64,000 nucleotides of DNA from Lytechinus pictus. Taxonomy: Eukaryota. The notes under the pieces were generated by a model, which ran no database searches, was not told where the DNA came from, and saw nothing but the letters and a program-made list of their open reading frames with translations. The position numbers were made by a program, and so were the translations under genes. The stretch is taken from positions 24,740,001-24,804,000 of the forward strand of contig NC_087252.1 of NCBI RefSeq assembly GCF_037042905.1. Reading direction: 5' to 3'. Shown one piece after another: positions 13,313 through 26,919 of the stretch (its first letter is position 1; every line of letters starts with the position of its first letter).

Positions 13313-13902
13313 AGGGGAATCCAGGCTTGGCCATAAAATGTTGTGTTGGGAAGGAGAAAAATAAATTAAACAGAATGGCGAAAGTTTGAAAGAAATCGGA
13401 CAAGCAATAAGAAAGTTATAGCTGCTTTAAAATTGAGATCACTAATAGATGTAGATTTCAAATTGGCAACTGAGTGAGTAAATTATGACAAGGGGCAAGG
13501 ACAACTTTCTCAAAGGCCATGTACTTTATTATCAAGGATTTGTGGTTTTTTCCTAAATACCCATTCCCCTGGGGCGGTAATCTAAATATAACCCAGGTAG
13601 AATATTGTTTCATGTCCTAATGAAAGAAAAATATAATTTGAAATAAAACTTTTGGGAAAAATGACATTTTAGCCAAAATATGTATTGGAGTACATGGAAT
13701 AGTCCTTGCCTTACATCACTATGACATCCCATATGCGGCCAATTTGAAGTCTCCATGGGTATAGTGATTACCAATATTTACAACTTTAAAACTTCATAAC
13801 TTTCTTGTTGTTTGTCCAATATTGTTCAAACTTGCACCTATCAACTTGTCTGATTTTTCTTTTCCCTATAAAAACAAGTTTTTATTTGGGTTGGATTCCC
13901 CT
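13313..13902. mobile_element. Kolobok-like MITE family D (inverted copy 20420-21011; interrupted copies at 33.4-34.5 and 35.5-36.7 kb)
   Basis: ttaa|aggggaatcca...tggattcccct|ttaa. Confidence 0.88.
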
Positions 13903-15293
13903 TTAATAGGTTTGATGAAACTCAAAGTAAATGTAGGGCACCTGGACCATGAAGTCAAAAATCTCTTTTAAACAGAGTACAAAGTCTAGCAAATAGTGTT
14001 GCGCTATATAACGTTTTTTTAGTGAATTAGAGCCCTGCGAATTCATTGAAAGCATTTAATAGCTACCTGCGCTTTGACAATGTACCAAGATAGACTATAG
14101 AAAACGATAGACAAACTATTGTGTATGTTTTCTCTACCATCACTCCAACAGGTGTAAGTCAAAGCACAGTGCTCAACATTTCTCAATGTGTAGAAATTAT
14201 ATGTGACCTACATGTAAATAACACTGGTGCATAGGGAATTCATGTGATTTTGTTGCTGTCTCGAGACTGCTGCGAAAAGGGTCCGCCATATTGTCTGATA
14301 GGTACATGAAAGAGATTTATAGGTTAATTTTTCTCAGAAAAATTAATTGATCGCAACTGCATATGGTATGAAATGCCAATTTAATGCTTGTTTTTTTAGT
14401 CACATATTCTCAAGCATCTGAATATATTAAAAGGTCTCTGCACTTTCTAATAAAGCCAATAAAACTTCATTTGAATAAATGATTGGATTTCTCATTATAA
14501 ATACACAATCGAATTTCACAATGCTCATAAAATGGGAGCTGGGTATAAAATAAAGAAAACAAAAAGGCCTTAAACTTTTATTATCTAGACAAGTGCAGGA
14601 AAGTTGCATGTCAATGACGTCATCCCTGAGATCCATGTTCATTGCCATTCAGTCCGCATCCACTTTGTCTTTATCACCTATGGGTCCTGCTGCAGAAAAG
14701 TTACCATTATGGTAACGTTCCCATCCAATGGTAACTACATGTACTTACTAGCATGGAATCTTTGATTTCGATTGGCTGTTGATCATCGTTACCATGGTAG
14801 TTACCCCTGGATGGCAAACTTACTTTTATGCAATGGGCCCATGGTTTCGTGATTCTCGTCCAGTATGGTCTAATCTCACTTCGTCCACAGCCCAGTTTGT
14901 CTACTTTCCATTATGTACAGTAGATCTCATCCCACAAGGTCTAAACTGACTTTGGGGGTGTTGCAAGAAAACATTTGCGATCAATTGCAAATATTCTATT
15001 GCAAGTTTGAAATAAATAGATCAATTTCTAACTGGAGCAAATCAGATCACACTTCGTGCTTCGAGAAGCAGATGCGCAATCAATCGCAATAAATTTCAAG
15101 ACTTATGCTTGATTTAGGGACCAAAAATAGATTTGCAATTGATCTCAAGTTTCTTGCAATGCCCCATTTGTCTACATCCAGTCTAAACCATGTGGTCTAT
15201 TTAACTGACGTTTGCATGTAGCCCATTTGAATTTGGTCAAAATTCCAGCATGACTATGAAGAGAGCTCTATTCTACACTTGGTCGGACTCCAA

Positions 15294-15740
15294 GAGGCCG
15301 TTCTCATTACGCTTTCTAAAACTAGTTTACTGGAAACCGATTCAGGAAACCACTTTGGAAGATCACTTTGCTAGCGTTCCCACTTGATCACACGAAAGTG
15401 GTTTTCAAAATCACTTCACGTAAAGCGCTTTTGTTGCTATGGAAACGCTCTCAATGGGGTGACACTTCGCGCAAAATTCGAAACTGCAGCATAGGCATTC
15501 TACACCTGTCGTTTGGAGTAGCGCGCTCAAAATGTGCGAAGATCGCTTCCCGAAGAACGGTTGTGTCCTCACTTACGCTAAAACCAGTTTAACGAGGCAA
15601 AGCGATCTTGAAAACTACATCGCGAGGTGGTTTTCCAAACTGGTTTGGAAGATCGCTTCCAAGACCGCTTCGACCGTTCTCACTACGCGCTAAACTAGTT
15701 TCCACTAAACTAGTTTTAGGAACGTAGTGAGAACAGCCCC
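15294..15740. mobile_element. PIF/Harbinger-like MITE
   Basis: TIR gaggccgttctcattacg / cgtagtgagaacagcccc; 3-bp TSD CAA. Confidence 0.8.
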
Positions 15741-16038
15741 CAAGTACTTGCTTTACATACATATCCTGGGTTCTTCATTATTTTTCATTGAGGGCCATGC
15801 GATTTGAGAATGTACAGGGAACTCATATAGTAACATATCTCTTAAACTGAGTGGTCTGTGTACTAATGAAAAAAAAAAAAATGATCACTTGTGAACCGGT
15901 AATTAAAATCTAAGTCTCTACAGTGTTCAAACCCATACTTGGTTTTACTGAGAAGCCTGTATACTTTGTCTTTAAGTTAATAAATAATGATCACTTTGTA
16001 ATTGAAATCTGAGACTTCCCAGGAAAATGATTTTTTTT

Positions 16039-16091
16039 AATTCATTCATTCATTCATTCGTTTGTTCATCCATTCATTTATCCATTCATTC

Positions 16092-16123
<32 letters not shown>

Positions 16124-16137
16124 ATTCATTCATTTAT
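16039..16137. repeat. (TTCA)n microsatellite
   Basis: Direct reading of the sequence. Confidence 0.9.
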
Positions 16138-18456
16138 TTTATCTTTATCTTCATTATCATTCTTTATCTTATTCTTAATTTCATTTATTCATTCATATAA
16201 TTAATTAATCAATTACAAAATTATATTACCATTTTCTCTTCTTCTTCTTCTTTTTGTTGGGGGGGGGGGCTACTTTACACAATTTACAGTGTAAATCTGA
16301 AACATTTGTTTTTAAGCTGTAACATTGCAGTGAATGGGGGATTCTACAGAGCTCCCTTTTTTAAATCATTTTCCAGGGCTCTTATGAGTATTCTGGGGGT
16401 GAGATCCCCTTGAGCCCCCAGTGTATTGTTTTTCCCTGCTGCACAGTAAACTCATACATTTTGGTTTACTCAGTGGCATCATGGCACGTGTACTTTACAG
16501 GGTTGGCACGTTTTACACGTTGTGTTTTAAACGTTTTAAAACAATAAAAAACGTTTTATTTGTTTTTTTTATAAAAAATGTTTTTTATTACAAACCTGGT
16601 ACTTTATAATAAAAAAAAAATGAAATTGAGGACAAAATGATGGTTGGACCATATCAGGACACGACAAACTCGCATGCCCAGGGCAATTGAAGTGACTGCG
16701 GGCAAGCATTTTCTCAAACTCACTTGCCCGATCAGACGAATGGTCATTTTTTTTTAAATAAACAATAATGTATATAATAAAGTTAACACAATCAAACATC
16801 AAAAATTGTACTTGGTCCCATAGTGAAGAAGTAATTGCAATTTCAAATATATATCAATACTTCAATATACTACACATAGATATATTCCAGATAGTCTTAT
16901 GTTTTTTAGCCTAGAATAATTAGTTCAAATCAGTATCAAATGCAACATTTTTGTCTTTTTTGGCTCCAATTAGAGAATTTTATGTGCAACAAAGCAAACA
17001 TAACACATTCTAAAAACGAACATACATGAGATGACAGGACGTTATTGATACAAAAAAGGTTACGTGTTTATGCAATCAAACAATATAAGCTACATGTATG
17101 ACATAGAATTTGGAAGATACTAAAAGTGAAAGCAAAGATTCACAGAGTTTCACACAAAATCCTTTTTCTGTACTGAGCTTCATATCTACTTGTCTGTCTA
17201 TTTCTCTAAAGAATATAAATTTCAGATCATCTCTCTTTTCGATGATGTGGAAGAGGTTCATCGTGGTGAAGGGTTGAGTAGAAGAAATAACCAGTTGTCT
17301 CACGATGTAGCAAACGTAGTGGGAAAGCTACGTGTGCTACATCGTGAGACAACTGGTTATTTCTTCTACTCAATCTCTCTTTTCTTTTCCACATCCTACC
17401 ACGCCAAAACCACCACTTAGTCGCCAGGTAAGCTTCTCTGTAAATAGCCAAAATAATATAGTCTCCAAAAACTAAAAAAAATAAATAGCTTATCTGAAAG
17501 AGCAATTCTTCTTCATACTGTGAAAATTTGAAGTTGTGATGTTGAATAACAGAAAAGATACAAGAGTTTCTTGGACACTGCTTTTTCGGACTGCTTGGAA
17601 GTTTCACTGAGATTACACAATATGCACATCTCATGCTTGAGTGAACCCTGAACTTCAAACCTTGTTTTCTCATTTTTTTAAGCTCTTGCTGAATTTGCTC
17701 TGCATTCAATCAAGCACTTGTAATGGTTATTGTTGGTCAATTTCAACATATCATATTTCATTTTAAAGCTTAGAAAGTGAATTTTCAAGCTCAATAAAAA
17801 TCTCAATATTCATTTTGGTCGACTTATTGTTGGTTTGAGGGTGGCAGGTCACATATGTTTCTTGAAACGATGACTATGTGAACGCACCAAAGTGCAATAG
17901 TCAGAAGTACTAAATTTTTGTCTACCTCATGTTTAAACAAATCAAATGCAACATATATGTTCTCTCAGCTTGGTATTAAGACTGAAACCCATGAATAGCA
18001 GGTGACTGTGGCCAAAGAACTCCCCCCAAAATATTTTTATTATTTCATATAGATTATGTGTAAAAAATAATATCAAACAAAAATTGTTACTGTATTGTAT
18101 GATCCTCATTCTTTTTCATTTTAATAAAATTATTAAACATTGGATATTGCAGTACTCTTAGGTTAAAGTGGATCTTAACCTTTTAAAATTTTTTTTAATG
18201 AATTTCACAACTTTGATATAGTTATGAGGAAAGAGTTTTATGTTTTGTCTAATTGTTTTCAATACAAGAACTAATATCATGCATGTATTAGAAAATAATC
18301 ACTGTTGCCAATTTAATGTATCATTTCAATATTCTGGGAAAGTACCCAAGTACATGTCACTTTAGAAGAGAATGCCTGGGCATTTCATGAGATAATGTTA
18401 ATACCAGAAAGACTATTAACATTTTTCACTTTTGAATCAATAGAGCAACCATAACT

Positions 18457-20098
18457 GGGCCCTGTATTACAAAGATTTACGATTGATCTGATCATCTTAA
18501 AGGCCCGGGGGGGCCACTTACATTGACGAGTGGATACCATGCGCGACCAAAAAAACACGTAAAAAGGATGTCCTTTTCACGATAGGGCACGTTACGTACG
18601 TAACGTGATAAGGGTGTCAAAAACACAAAAATAATGAAAAAAGGGTGTCTATTTCGCTAGGAAAATTACGTGTTTAGGGTCGAATTTGCGGGAATGATAA
18701 AACAAAATTAAAATGTTTTATAAAGGATGTCCATTTTGCCCCAACACTTCGTGTTTAGAGTCCGATTTGCGCGAGGTGTAGAAGGTGGGGTCGTACTAAA
18801 CCAAATAAGGTAAAGCCGACGACCGAAGGACCCGTAACAATAAAACATTCCTGTACTTGTTTAGGGGTTCATTTCAGGGAATATTTGCCAAGGGTATCGT
18901 TTTGTTTCCAATACTTGTTAAGGGTAGGGTTTCACACGCCAATACTTGTTAAGGGGTGCATTTTCAGAATATGGAAATTACGTGTTTAGGGTGCTTTTCG
19001 AGACCCTCTGGTCGCGCATGGTATCCACTCGTGAATGGAAGTGGCCCCCCCGGGCTTAAAGGTAAATGCTAGTTTTGGTAACGATATCAAAATGAGTTCG
19101 TACAGAATCCAATGAAATGATCACAAAGTGTCTGTTTGTATAAATAAAACGTATGTGCCAAAGGATTCTGGAAGAAATTGTGTAGTTGCTGAGAAATCAG
19201 CAAATAAGCACAGGATTCGGGTAGAGCGTCGGGCCCGACATTCAAAGCAATAATTATACACTGTCCCACGTGCACTTATCTGTGTTGGGATTCTTCAGTC
19301 TGAACATTTTTCAGCGTAGATTTAAAGATTTCACGAAGTTCAGTTTATAAATGTAACTGTACCAGATCTAGATCCTCGATGATATACTGACAATTAAGCC
19401 TTGTTTTACAGACTTTCTCATGAAATCAGTGTTTACTGCAACTACTGGAATTTCTCTTTAAACTATATGGAATTCCAACAATGTCATAATTTTTTCGCCA
19501 GGAAATTTGCATGATGTCCTTTGTAAACAAAAAGAAGCAACGTGATTTTTTCAAGAATACAATGAATGTCGCATACATCCGTAATTCCGAAGCTTCGTTA
19601 TTCCGAAGGTTCGGATATTCCGAAGGTTCGTTATTCCGAAGGTTCGTATTTCCGAAGGTTCGTAATTCCGAAGGTTCGTTAGTCCGAAAACGAAATAAGG
19701 GTCGTAATCCCAAAGGTTCTTTAGTCCGAAAACGAAATGATTAACGAACCTTATTTCGTTTTCGCATTAACGAACCTTCGGAACATCGAACCTTATTTTG
19801 TTTTCGGATTATCGAACCTTCGGAATAATGCCACAAATGTTCGGATTAACGAACATCAAGGTATAGGCAATTTACGTGTTTCGGAATTACGAACCTTCGG
19901 AATAAAGAACCTTCGGAATTATGAACCTTCGGAATTATGAACCTTCGGAATTACGAAGTGTAACCATAATTGTACAGTGTATGAATATAATATCTAGAAA
20001 ACATTTTGAACAAGCATTCATTTTAGATGTTGACGTTGCTGGCTTTCCATAGTTGTGGTTGATCGCATCAATTGTATCTCTTGGTAAGACGAGGCCCA
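18457..20098. mobile_element. Small gggccc-TIR MITE expanded by three nested insertions (intact relative at 8472-8755)
   Basis: Pieces 18457-18495, 19458-19569 and 19966-20098 reassemble to the reverse complement of 8472-8755. Confidence 0.75.
18504..19054. mobile_element. TIR element with 8-bp TSD (hAT/P-like), family E
   Basis: TIR cccgggggggccactt / aagtggccccccccggg; perfect TSD cttaaagg. Confidence 0.88.
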
Positions 20099-20419
20099 GG
20101 TATATTCATCAATATAAGAGGGTTCTCAGAAGTCTAAAAAAAGACTAAAAAGCTGGCACAGATACTTTTCATGGTATAAACAGACAGTAACTTCCCTTTT
20201 TTTTTTTTTTTTGAGTATGCCCTCACCCCCCCCCCCCCTCCTCTCATCGGAACTGTAAACTCTAAGCTTCCCTTTTCATTAATGGGGTACTCTGGGCCTA
20301 AAATAATTACATCTAAAATTCGCAGAGCAAAATGCTGAAAATTACATCGAAATCTGAAAACAAACAGTGATGTTATTGAATTAAAATTAAAATTTAGCAA
20401 TAGTTTGTGAACAGTTTAA

Positions 20420-21011
20420 AGGGGAATTCAACCCAAATAAAAACTTGTTTTTATAGGGAAAAGAAAAATCAGACAAGTTGATAGGTGGAAGTTTTAACAA
20501 TATTGGACAAACAACTAGAAAGTTATGAATTTTTGAAGTTGTAAATATTGGTATTCACTATACCCATGGAGACTTCAAATTGGCCGCATATGGGATGTCA
20601 TAGTGATGTAAGGCAAGGACTACTCTTCCATGCACTCCAATACATATTTTGGCTAAAAAGTCATTTTTCCCAAAAGTTTTATTTCAAATTGTATTTTTCT
20701 TTCATGAGGACATAAAACAATATACTACCTGGGTTATATTTAGATAACTGCCCCAGGGGAATGGGAACTTAGGAGAAAACCACAAATCCCTGATAATAAA
20801 GTACATGGCCTATGGGAAAGTTGTCCTTGCCCTTGTCATAATTTACTCACTCAGTTGCCAATTTGAAATCTACATAGTATTAGTGATCTCAATTTTAAAG
20901 CAGCTATAACTTTCTTATTGCTTGTCCGATTTCTTCAAACTTTCACCATTCTGTTTAATTTATTTTTCTCCTTCCTAGCACAACATGTTATGGCCAAGGC
21001 TGGATTCCCCT
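20420..21011. mobile_element. Kolobok-like MITE family D
   Basis: TTAA TSD and aggggaat..attcccct TIR; reverse complement of 13313-13902. Confidence 0.88.
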
Positions 21012-22717
21012 TTAATTATGCACGTCATCATGAATAGTCATAGGTGGGCTGATGATGTCACAATTTCCCCCACTTTCTTTTTCTAATGTTATTACACGAA
21101 ATCGTAACTTTTTCATTTTTTTCATGTATATGTGTGAATGATGTGTCTCCCTTATAAGTTGCGGCAATGAATGTCTATTGCATTATTCAATTGTCAAACC
21201 ATTTTTTTTTGTTGGGGGGGGGGGTTCTTGGGAGAAAATGTGACCTCATCAGTTTGCTCATTGAGTATTCATGAAGACATGCAAGTTTCACCGAAATAAT
21301 GCAAATGTTTGAAATGTCATAACTTTGTTATTCCTTGTCCGATTTTGGTCAAAATCTAATTGTTTTATTTGTCTGATTTTTCTTTATCTGTTCACACCAT
21401 ATTATTTTCAGCCTGGAGTACCCCTACAAGGTTCCCTTGTCAGATTTTCAGTGAAATACATTTATGATTTTGTTTGTTTTGGTAAATTTTTGCTGAGACA
21501 GATGCAAGGCTCTTTAGGGGAGTGAGAACTCTTCCCCCCCCCCCCCCCCCCCGCCGAACCACCACCAACACTTTCCACATACATGTACATTACACACACA
21601 CACAATTATTCTTTGTCAGAAAACTCTCAAGAAATCGAAAATTTCCTGTCCTCACCCTACCCCCACCTCCATTGAAAATACTGAGCCAAATTTGTTATTA
21701 CGTCAAGCACCATTAAATCTGCAATCTTGAGCAAGTGGATATTAAATTTTGTCATGTTTGTTTTTGAAAATGTCAACTTTTACTATTTTCAAGTCTAATT
21801 TCAACAGAATAAATTCTTTATCAATTCATAATTTACTAGTGCTGCAAGTCAGGCGTCACTCAGAGATACAAGCAGCTCTCAGAGGATTCAATGAATGGGA
21901 CTACGCACAAACGGTCAACCAACTCTTGAAGATTTTTATTTAAAAGAAGATTATGAAAAAAATACAAAAACAAAGTTGTCTGTTAATCATTTTCTACTCT
22001 GATAGTACGCTCTTAAAACATTGAATTTGAAACTTGAAAAAGATGTTGTTTTCCACTCATCCTACATACTTGGTGAAATGGTTTCATAAAGACGTAATTG
22101 TACAACCATGGTAACTTATTGCAACTACCATGGCAACAGGGCTAAGCAGTCATACACAATCAAGGTTTCTGGGTGGGTGTTTCATAATATATAGCATTTA
22201 TGAGGCGCCGATTTATCTAGTTTCCTATTCAATGGCACACTGCATGTATATATTACCCCGGCTGTAGCTCCAGCTGCTAAAGGCGCTTGGTGCATTCAAG
22301 GAAATAATCCCGCCGGGTACCCATTCACCTCACCTGGGTTGAGTGCGGCACAATGTGGATAAATTCCTTGCTATAGGAAAACACGCCGTGGCTGAGATTC
22401 GAACCCACGTCCATCTCATTGAAAGATGAGACTACGACGCTAAACCATAAAGCTGTTTGAAAGTTAAGAGCGACTTTAAGAACGACTCGTGATCCTTTGT
22501 GGTAAATGGTATATAAGGAAATGTTCATTGGCGATGGTGTAGCACATACGAAAGGATCACCAGTTGTTTTTAAAGTCACTCTTAACCCCCGAACAGCTTT
22601 ATGAAATGGCCCCCAGGTTTCCATACACATGGTAAATCTTCATGAAGTGGGAGCCGGGACTATCACCCTAACCAACTGGTAATAGGCAGCAAGTACATGT
22701 AAGAAAATGATACAGGG

Positions 22718-23130
22718 CAGGGTGCTACATAAGCACTAGCAGTCTAGCACGATTGCCCGGGGCAAGTAAAAGTTAGTCGGGCAAGTGTTTTGAAGTAAAG
22801 ACCAAAACTACTCGCCCAAATTGGGCAAGCAAAATTCTCACAGTAGAATTCCCAAAATTAGGGTCGATATGATATATCGACCCTAAATTTGGTCATGGCG
22901 GGCAAGATAAAATCACTTTGTAAAAAGAAATGCAAGAACGAGGTACATCAGTTCTTGTCAAAAGAGAGAAAAAAAAAGGTCTGGTTTATAAAACCGCAAT
23001 ATTTTATTTTGAAGAGGTAAAACTTTTTTTTCAAGGATTTTTTCGGGCAAGTGAAATCGATTTTCAGGCAAGTATATTCCAACTATTTAAAAATTTACTT
23101 GCCCGACAGGGCAAGTTATGTAGCACCCAG
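22718..23130. mobile_element. TIR element (cagggtgctacata...tatgtagcaccc)
   Basis: TIR plus repeated cgggcaag subterminal motifs. Confidence 0.65.
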
Positions 23131-23581
23131 CAAGATTTGTATAACACACATATCCACCTTGTTTTTTATAGGTGCTCAAGGCGCTCCCAAATAAGACCCT
23201 GGCTAAGCTAGTCTACCGATTCCAGTGCTCGCAGCTTTTTGAGGAATTACTTCCTGCCGGTACCCATTTACCTCACCTGGGTCGAGTGCAGCACAATGTG
23301 GGTAAATCTCTTGCTGAAGGAAAACACGCCATGGCGAGTAATTAAACCAGCATCCCTCAGATTGAAAGACGAGAATCTTAACTACTAGACCACGACACCC
23401 CCAAATGCCTGGGAATGAACAGGGGACTGTTTCATGAAGCATCTTCTCAGTGATTTTCAATGACAAATTTGCTCTCAGCCAATCAGATGCAAGGATTTCA
23501 GTAGCTTATAACAGATAGTCAGTGAAAATCACTGAACATTTTTTTCATGGAATGGTGTCTCCATCAATCTTATAAACTTAC

Positions 23582-23794
23582 CTTGTAGAGGACTTGATCT
23601 GCTGTGCTGACAATCTGATTCATGTCTGCTGCCCTCTTCTCCTCCTTTCTCAGTTGACCTTTGACCCTCTGACCCCTTCTTGACCTTGGGTGAAATTTGG
23701 GCTATCTGCTGGTGTACATATCTCAGATGAATCGCAAGCTGTCCGGGCCCAGAAAACTCATAATTGCATAGATGGCACAGGGAAGATTTGGTTT
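23582..23794 (-). CDS. C2H2 zinc-finger protein, second coding exon
   Basis: tttccccctag| ETKSSLCHLCNYEFSGPGQLAIHLRYVHQQ...SSPLQ g|gtaagt; C-x2-C-x12-H-x4-H finger; phase 1-1, in frame with the previous exon. Confidence 0.85.
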
Positions 23795-24162
23795 CTAGGG
23801 GGAAAGCAGAAGAAACTTGCATTATCATTCGGTGGATTCACAATATGATGCGCCACCTATTGATTGCGCCTGCGGACAGGCCAAAATTTGCAATGCCTCA
23901 TGGGAAAGGTTGACATCAGTTGCACGCATGCATTCGATATGCTGCACTGGCCACTTGTTTTTAGATCCATTTTTCATCAAATTTGATATTTTTTTTCTAA
24001 TTGGGTACTCAAAACTGATTCACAAGGTAAAAATACAGGTTTATACAAGTTAGATGACAAAAACAAAATTTTGAAAATGCTGCGTAATCTTATCATTTGC
24101 CACTTTTAATAAATGTATCCAAATTCTCATTTACCTAAATCTGCAATTTTGGAAAGGTTTAA

Positions 24163-24942
24163 CCCTAAACTGACCGGGGGGGGGGGGGGGGGGGGGGTTG
24201 AATCAACCCCCCCCCTCAACATTTTCTGCGATCATTTCGCCGCGCGAATTTGTTTTACCGTGCCACTCACAGAGTTTATACTTTCAAGTCTCGCGCATCT
24301 TTTTCAGACCAAATATGCGACGCCCGGGTACGCAGTTCCGAAATTACGCAACATTTTGTAAGTGCATGTCAGACCAAAAATTGTTCCAAAACGTGATTTT
24401 GTGTCCAAAGTCAATGCAAATTGAGTTTTCTCATCTTATTCATAAAGATATGATTATTTTTGCTTTTAACAGCTGAAATCAATTGATTTTAGCATAATTA
24501 TGCTTCAAAAAGGTTGTGCAATAAATCTGGTGAAAAAAACAAAGAAAAACAAAAGGTTGAAAAACATAGAAATACATAAGAAATTCATAAAACAATAAAA
24601 TACATAAGTAATTGATTTCCAAACCGAAGTTTTTTTCGATTGCGATTGTTAAGAATGCTACAAAGAATATTTTTACAAAAAATTAGCATTCTAGGAGCTT
24701 TATTTAGTGAATTAGAGCAAAAAGTATGATTTATGCATAAATTAGCATAATTAATTCATATAAAATAAAATCTCATTATTTTGGAAAATTTTACCATACA
24801 GCCTTGTAGATTACATCGCACACTACCAGCGTGCAAATTTTTGCGGCGCTCACGCGATCGGCGGCCGAGATCTCAGGGGGGGGGGGTTGAATCAACCCTC
24901 CCCCGGCCACAGAACAGCCAAAAAAGCCCGGCCTAGTTAGGG
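24163..24942. mobile_element. piggyBac-like non-autonomous element
   Basis: ttaa|ccctaa...ttaggg|ttaa, with subterminal ggggttgaatcaacccc palindromes. Confidence 0.85.
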
Positions 24943-25249
24943 TTAATACTGCAATGAATGGGGATTTTCCAGGGGGCCGTTTCAAAAAGCCATTTGTAAG
25001 TTAAGAGCAACTTTATAAGAATGACTGGTGAACCTTTCGTACGCGCTAAACCATCACCAATGAATATACCATTTACCACAAGAAAGGGTCACCAGTCGTT
25101 CTTAAAGTTGCTCTTAACTTTACGAATAGCTTTATGAAACACCCACAAGGCACTCTTTTGAGCATTTTGGGGGCAAAATCGCCCAACCCTCGTCTAATTT
25201 TTTCACTGACCTAGTCAAACACCACTTAACCTACCAGATGAACTGTATA

Positions 25250-25573
25250 GGGGAGAGTGGCCGGGGGGTAAATAAGGCCCCCAGTTGTTTTTAGCTAACT
25301 CCTCAAGTTTACCAGTGTCAAAGGATTGCTGTTTGTGTGGTATTTGAGACAGTTCCTTGGCACAAATCTTGAAATGGAGCAAATGAGGTCCCCTGACAAC
25401 CATATTGAATGCGGATTAATAAAATGAGATTGATTAGATCTCATATTTCTATTGGATAATGCAGGTATATTGAAGACCTTGTATTAGACATCTGATCATC
25501 TTTCTACTGCTATGCATTAAAAAGATATGGTTGGAATTATGAAAAAGGTGGCTTCAATTTACCCCACTCTCCC
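25250..25573. mobile_element. TA-flanked Tc1/mariner-type MITE
   Basis: ta|ggggagagtgg...ccactctccc|ta. Confidence 0.65.
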
Positions 25574-25733
25574 TATATGCCAAATTTTCATTTGACAAAG
25601 AGCATCAAGTAATTAGACAAAGTTGCAATTTGACCATCTGGGTAGTAGTCTCTAACAGTAAACCTATGTTATGGTTCATTATAGACCAGGACTCGGGGTA
25701 CTAAGCATTTCAAGAAAACAAAAAATCCCATTA

Positions 25734-26133
25734 GGGCCGTCTGCACAAGCCCGAGTCTTCAAATTAGCATGCTATTTCTGATCCGGCAAATTATCCTGCT
25801 CTGAACAATCTCAAGATTATTTGTAATGGAGACGCAATTATCGCGCTAGTTCGCAAGATTAATCTCGAGATTGCAATCCCAAGTCAACTTGGGATTATTT
25901 GCAAAATAGTGTGCTATATAACGAATTATCCTGCTAATTCGCAGGTGCAGACACACTCTGTATTATTTATTCACAGCATCAGACCATAATGCATTGATGC
26001 CTTGCTCAAGCAGGAATCGCTCTTCTTGCGATGGTGGAGACGGGGTTTCTTGAATCTCCAGATTAATCGCGAAGAGGGCCGATCAGGCTAAAGTCTCGAG
26101 ATTGAGCAAACTTGGGCTGGTGCAGCACCGCCT
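25734..26133. mobile_element. PIF/Harbinger-like MITE
   Basis: TIR gggccgtctgcacaagccc / gggctggtgcagcaccgcct; TSD TTA. Confidence 0.65.
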
Positions 26134-26919
26134 TTAGTTTTCCATGCTGAAAGTACCTTACTTCCATGATAATCAGTTCAATTTCAATTTCACATGTGTG
26201 GTGCTATCCCCCTTAGGATTTTTAGTGTACATAATCATGATTAAATAGAGGCTTAATTTAGGTAATGTGCACTTGTGCTACATGTATATAGTCAAAGAGG
26301 CTACACTACAAAACCACCAAAGCAAGTCATCCAATAGACTAGATACTATTTTGATGCAACAAAATATAACAGTCTATAAAGGTCACTTTACATGTGTAAT
26401 GCATATAGGCTTGTCAGTCTGGCAATTTCAACTGGAACCATTTGAGTGCATTTGACAAGTAATCCTTAGCAATGGACCATTTATTATTGTGGGATTCTTC
26501 CTAAATACCATGGAAAGAATTTGATAGCTCCAAATGATCATAAATTCAATCTTCAACACATCTTTTTTAAAAATCAGTTAACCGATTCCCTACTGGAGCC
26601 AGGTGTCCATTTCACAAAGAGTTACAACTATTGTAACGTTGCCATTACGGCAACTACCATGGCAACAGGGCTCAGCAACCAATTAAAGGTTACCATGGTA
26701 CGACTGCTATGACATCATTATGACTAGATATTAAATTTGCTTTTATTCTAAGAAGGATGATAGCATAGTCACAGATTTGAACATAGGTATTCGTATGACG
26801 ATTTCGAACATTACACAGTAAGATATTCCAAGTCTCAATATTAGCATCAAATTCTACTACATTTTATTCAAAAATCGAGACGCTGACCAATCGTAAGGTG
26901 TGCGGTCGCCTTTAAGTAC

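Noticed and set aside
14200..14295. Minus-strand aatATGGCGG (YY1/start-like motif) as the start of a second gene
   Set aside because: It gives only a short ORF, with a weak donor and no recognisable protein.
14560..14680. Possible terminal minus-strand exon (ccatag|GDKDKVDAD-stop, then AATAAA)
   Set aside because: The putative acceptor abuts a MITE and lacks a pyrimidine tract; the ORF is too short to support.
19570..19965. CRISPR-like or regularly spaced repeat array (also 6075-6527 and 700-1650)
   Set aside because: There are no unique spacers and no cas genes, and the context is eukaryotic. These are internal repeats of dispersed transposons.
21830..21945. Coding-looking stretch (ORF 21749-21943, or a minus-strand exon)
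   Set aside because: There is no convincing pair of splice sites or recognisable motif.
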